From the sequence record PV472050.1: a stretch of 64,000 nt of DNA; one strand, written 5' to 3'. Under the pieces are notes generated by a model, which was not told where the DNA came from, made no database searches, and saw only the letters and a program-made list of their open reading frames with translations. Position numbers and translations under genes: made by a program. Below, one piece after another: positions 60,258 through 64,000 of this stretch (positions are counted from its first letter, which is position 1; every line of letters begins with the position of its first letter).

Positions 60258-63200
60258 TCAATTCAAACGGACGGTTTTATCGGTTCCCTGATTCACCTGT
60301 TTGTCTTGCATCTCCGCCATCCGTCCCAGTACCTTGTAGATCTCAGCCAGAATACTGTTCGTATCCGAACTGTTATCACCCAGTTTACCCAACGAGGCCT
60401 TAAGCTCAGCCACCAACGCAGAGTCATCACTACGGGTGGTCGTAAGTGCCTCGGTGCCCCGAGTGGACTGAGGAACAGGTTCAGACGGCGCAGGCGGAAC
60501 CGGTTGAGGTGCAGAGGGGGGTGGAGAACCCTCATTAGACCTCGGAGTCGAGATCGGGACATCCGTAGCCGGGTTACCAAAGGTGGGAGTAGGCGTAGGT
60601 GGAACGTTCCGTTGCATCGGTCCTACCACACCACCGCCCAGTCCGGTGGTATCCTGCCCGTTCACGGACTGCCCGCCTTGCACAGCGTTAAGGAACTTGT
60701 TCGCTGCTTCAGGGGACTTAAAGGCCGCGTGAATATGCCCACCCGTGCCGAGTGCCGTTCGACTGCGGTATTCATTGATGACTTGGAATTCCTGAGGGCT
60801 TAACCCTGCCCGACGAAGAATATCCGTTACAATGGCAACCGCTTGGTCACTTCCTTGTGCACCATTCACCAAGGTGAAGTCTAACGCCAGGCCTTTAGGA
60901 TGAGCACCTTTAGACCCCTTATTGACGTGGTAGGCGTCATTCAGTGCAGAGAAGTACCGGAAACCCGGAACTGTCTGTTGAATGATTTTACCCAGTTCTT
61001 CCACAGCAGGGTGGTGTTCACCCCCCGCAATGGCTTCAGGGGATTTCAGGCGCAATCCACTGCTACCCGGTGTATTGGTGTTAACGATCATCCCACCGTT
61101 ATCACCTGACCCGTATTGTCCCCCTCCGCCTCCCATGGTTCCATTCAGGGACGGCAGACTACCACCCACAACGCCCGGAGCCGGTCTACTGACTTGAGGA
61201 CGTTGGGGATCGTCGGAGGCTTCTTGACCGTACAGGTCGGACCCGGTTTGGCTCCCTAACCCACTCCCAGCCGTTTTATCAGCTGTGGTCAGTTCACCAC
61301 TTTGCAGTTTCTTCAGGTAATTCAGATAGAGCGCATAGCGCTGAGGCATTTCAGGTAACGGATTACCTCCATTCAACCCTGTGGCTGCTCTACCGAAGTC
61401 ACCGGTTTGGCTAATACTCCTCAAGAGCTTAGAGTTCCTGAAGAAGTTCACCGCAATGGCTGCCATGACGTTCGGATCGTTACTGGCCAGCTCTGGTCTG
61501 TTCTCCAGATCAATACCCAGCTCTTGCCCAACCCTCCGGTAATTAGCCCGACCCGTCAGCTGAATAAACCCACGTCCTCGGTAACGGTACCCATCACCAG
61601 CTTCCCTGTTCCCTAAGGAAGCACCTTTACCCCCACCGTACACGGTATTGGCGATGGCCACTTCGCCGGCTTGTACGAGGGCTCTCGCTTGTTCCATGCT
61701 CTTCACTTCCCTGAAGAGTTGAACCAAGCGTTCCGGACTGCTGTACTTCATGTTCTCAGTGGTCCGGGAATAGCCTGAAGACTCGTAGTTGGTAAGGGCG
61801 AGCATTTCAGCGATTTCACGGGGATCCGTAAAGCCTTGTTTCAGCATCTCACGGATGATCAACTGCTCCGCCAACGGTTTAGGAACACTCACCCCTCGAT
61901 CCGTTCCTTGGTTCGTACGCACACCGGTCATATCCAGATGACTGGTGTCCGAATCACCCGTAATGGGCGTGAAGCCAAAGGCATTCTCAGGGGTTCTGAA
62001 CCGACCGTCACTACTGTACGTATTCCCAGCGTCTCCGCCAAAGGTACCGTACATCCCTCCTAGAGCAGAATCTCTCCGAGACCGGAACTGTTCCGGGGTA
62101 GAAACATTCGCCTGTTGGTCGGTGAACCCACCCCCTACCCGGTGAGGACTGATCTTCTCAGCCCAGGTTTGGGCGTTGGTCTTACCCGCTTCCAATTCAG
62201 GGTCTTTGAGTTTAGCTTCTACCGACGCTTCCCCCAAGAGGTTCAACATCCTGTCAACTTTATCCGACCGCCCTGGAGAGGTTTCCCAGGCGAAGGGTGC
62301 CGCCCGTACGTTCCAGACTGAAATGGTAAAGCCAAAGACACCATTGACTTGGGTTTGAGTCAGTTCCTTGGCGATCTCATACCGTGCGGTGGCGGAAAGG
62401 GTTCTCCAAACCACACCCGGTAGCCCCCGACGGTATTTCTTCATCAGGGTCATGTAGTTGGTCAGTACCGGCAGGAACCGATCCCTGAACCACTTGCACC
62501 AGGCATCCGCGTACCGATCATCCACCCGGAAGGCGTCCTTGAACCGACCGAAGAGTTCACCTATGTTGCCCTTGAACACCATGTCATCCCCTTTCGCCAT
62601 AAACAGGGATTCACAATGGCGTTCCAACTTGAGGACAGCTTCGACTCGCCAGGGAACATCCTTATCATTCCCGTAGGTAGCCACCCGGATAGCGGTAAGC
62701 ATATCCAGAGCTTTACCATCTGGCATCAGGTCTTGGATATAGATCTGACCGACAACCGCATTGGCGGTATACGCTTTCCCTAACCGATCGATTTCACCTT
62801 TAACCTCCTTCAGGCGATCCGTGGCCTCCATCTTCTCCCCGAAGTCTTTCCACTGAGTACTGCGGTCTTCCAGCCTCCGTTCCAGTTGAACCCGTTCCTT
62901 CTGGAGGGACTCCAGACTTTGGCCTTTAACCGTAGAAACGGCAAAGGGATCAATGCTGGGATCTTTAGCCCCGACGTACTTCTTCAGGGCCTCCAGGAGG
63001 TTACCCACCCGGATGATCGTCATTTGTTGATCAAGGAGAGGAGTCTCTTTGTCAATCTTAGCTACGATCTGGTACGGGGAAGGCACCAACCCACTGAGGG
63101 CACTGTGGGCTTGCTTGGCCACTTTGTACACGATTAAGTCAGACGAATCGTCATAGTCCTTCAACGACCGCAGTTTAACCGCATCCAAACAGGCCAGGTA

Positions 63201-64000
63201 GGTCAAGTAAACGGGTTTGAACCGTCCATTGAACCAGGTAAAGACTTCACCAATTTCATTACGGTCTTGAGGATTGCCTACGAAGAGACGAAGGACTTCC
63301 TCAATAGGCGCTTGCTTAGACAGCGACGCACGCCCATTTCCAATCACCACATGGTCTTTTAGCAGGTTCTCAACGTTGAGGATTTTAGCCGCCAGAGGAC
63401 CTTGAGGATCTGAGAGACCGTACTGAACCATCCGTAGTTCAGTTTGTTTCCCTTTACCTGAACCAAACAGGGAATCCCATCCCCATTTAGAAGTCCCCAA
63501 CATCACCCCAAAGGGACTGTACATCGAAGACCCCAGGGCATCCGTAGTGGGACTCTTTCCTTTGACCTTCTCCAGAATCCATTTCGCAATGGTCTGTCCA
63601 CCCAGTAAGCCCGCAGTGGCACCCACTTGTTGGTAAAGACTATTACCGGCTTTACCCACTTTAAGGATTTGGTCGGTGGTATCGAGTTTCTTCGTTTCTT
63701 CGTCAGTAGCGACCTGGTACATTTCGTACGCAGACAATGCACCTGCGCCAATCAAACCGGCGCGTCCTACACCCAGTTTACAAGGTCCGAGTCACCCAGA
63801 CCATTCAATAACCCACCGAGTCCACCAGCGACGCCCTTAGCGATAATCGGCAACAGTTTAAGTCCCATACGACTGAACTTAAACAATGCACTGAACCCGC
63901 TCCAGAGGACCTTAGAACCCAGGAAGCTGGTCAACCACTCGAAGCCTTTCTTAACACCTCCTACCAAACTGCTCAGGAGACCGAAGATACCGAACTTCTT
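60258..64000 (-). CDS. 3' part of the giant tail (tape-measure-like) protein with GH19 and M15-type peptidase domains; truncated at the window edge, with an apparent 1-nt frameshift near 63793
   Basis: GH19 motifs TNYES, TENMKYS and GDGYRYRGRGFIQLTGRANY; peptidase motifs AHPKGLALDF and GHIH. The reading frame is open from 64000 to 63767, and the downstream frame is open from about 63793. Confidence 0.85.

Noticed and set aside
1-64000. tRNA, rRNA or structured ncRNA genes
   Set aside because: I saw no T-loop (GTTCRA) in a cloverleaf context in intergenic gaps, and the gaps are short and explained by hairpins and promoters. A tRNAscan/Infernal run would be needed to exclude them fully.

Overview
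The window is a segment of a phiKZ-related Pseudomonas jumbo phage genome, very close to phage EL (Elvirus). The 558-aa GroEL-like chaperonin at 23732-25408 is nearly identical to EL gp146 as I recall it. Core genes: tail-fibre paralogs, a central spike, SbcC/Rad50, NAD-dependent ligase, RNase HI, an intein-split SF2 helicase, a RecA/UvsX-like protein, the C-terminal fragment of the virion RNAP beta subunit, an inner-head protein, and the 3' part of the giant tail protein with GH19 and M15-type peptidoglycan hydrolase domains. Plus-strand blocks of small genes follow a phage promoter motif that I found 10 times (CTAYATHAY-N5-TG). A minus-strand accessory adhesin cassette encodes an SGNH-esterase fibre, a collagen-like fibre and two Kelch proteins. 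The best leads are: (1) an Acb1-like 2H phosphodiesterase directly behind a DHH/DHHA1 phosphoesterase, in a gene run that also carries two tandem minimal nucleotidyltransferases, suggesting a nucleotide-signal or RNA-end counter-defence module; (2) an AmrZ-like ribbon-helix-helix regulator fused to a different C-terminal domain, behind a duplicated 32-bp extended promoter; (3) the adhesin cassette with a possible docking adaptor that is a paralog of a separately encoded protein. Two single-base frameshifts (about 19018 and about 63793) are probably assembly errors. I found no tRNA or CRISPR array. All homology calls come from motif recognition and recalled sequences, not from database searches.
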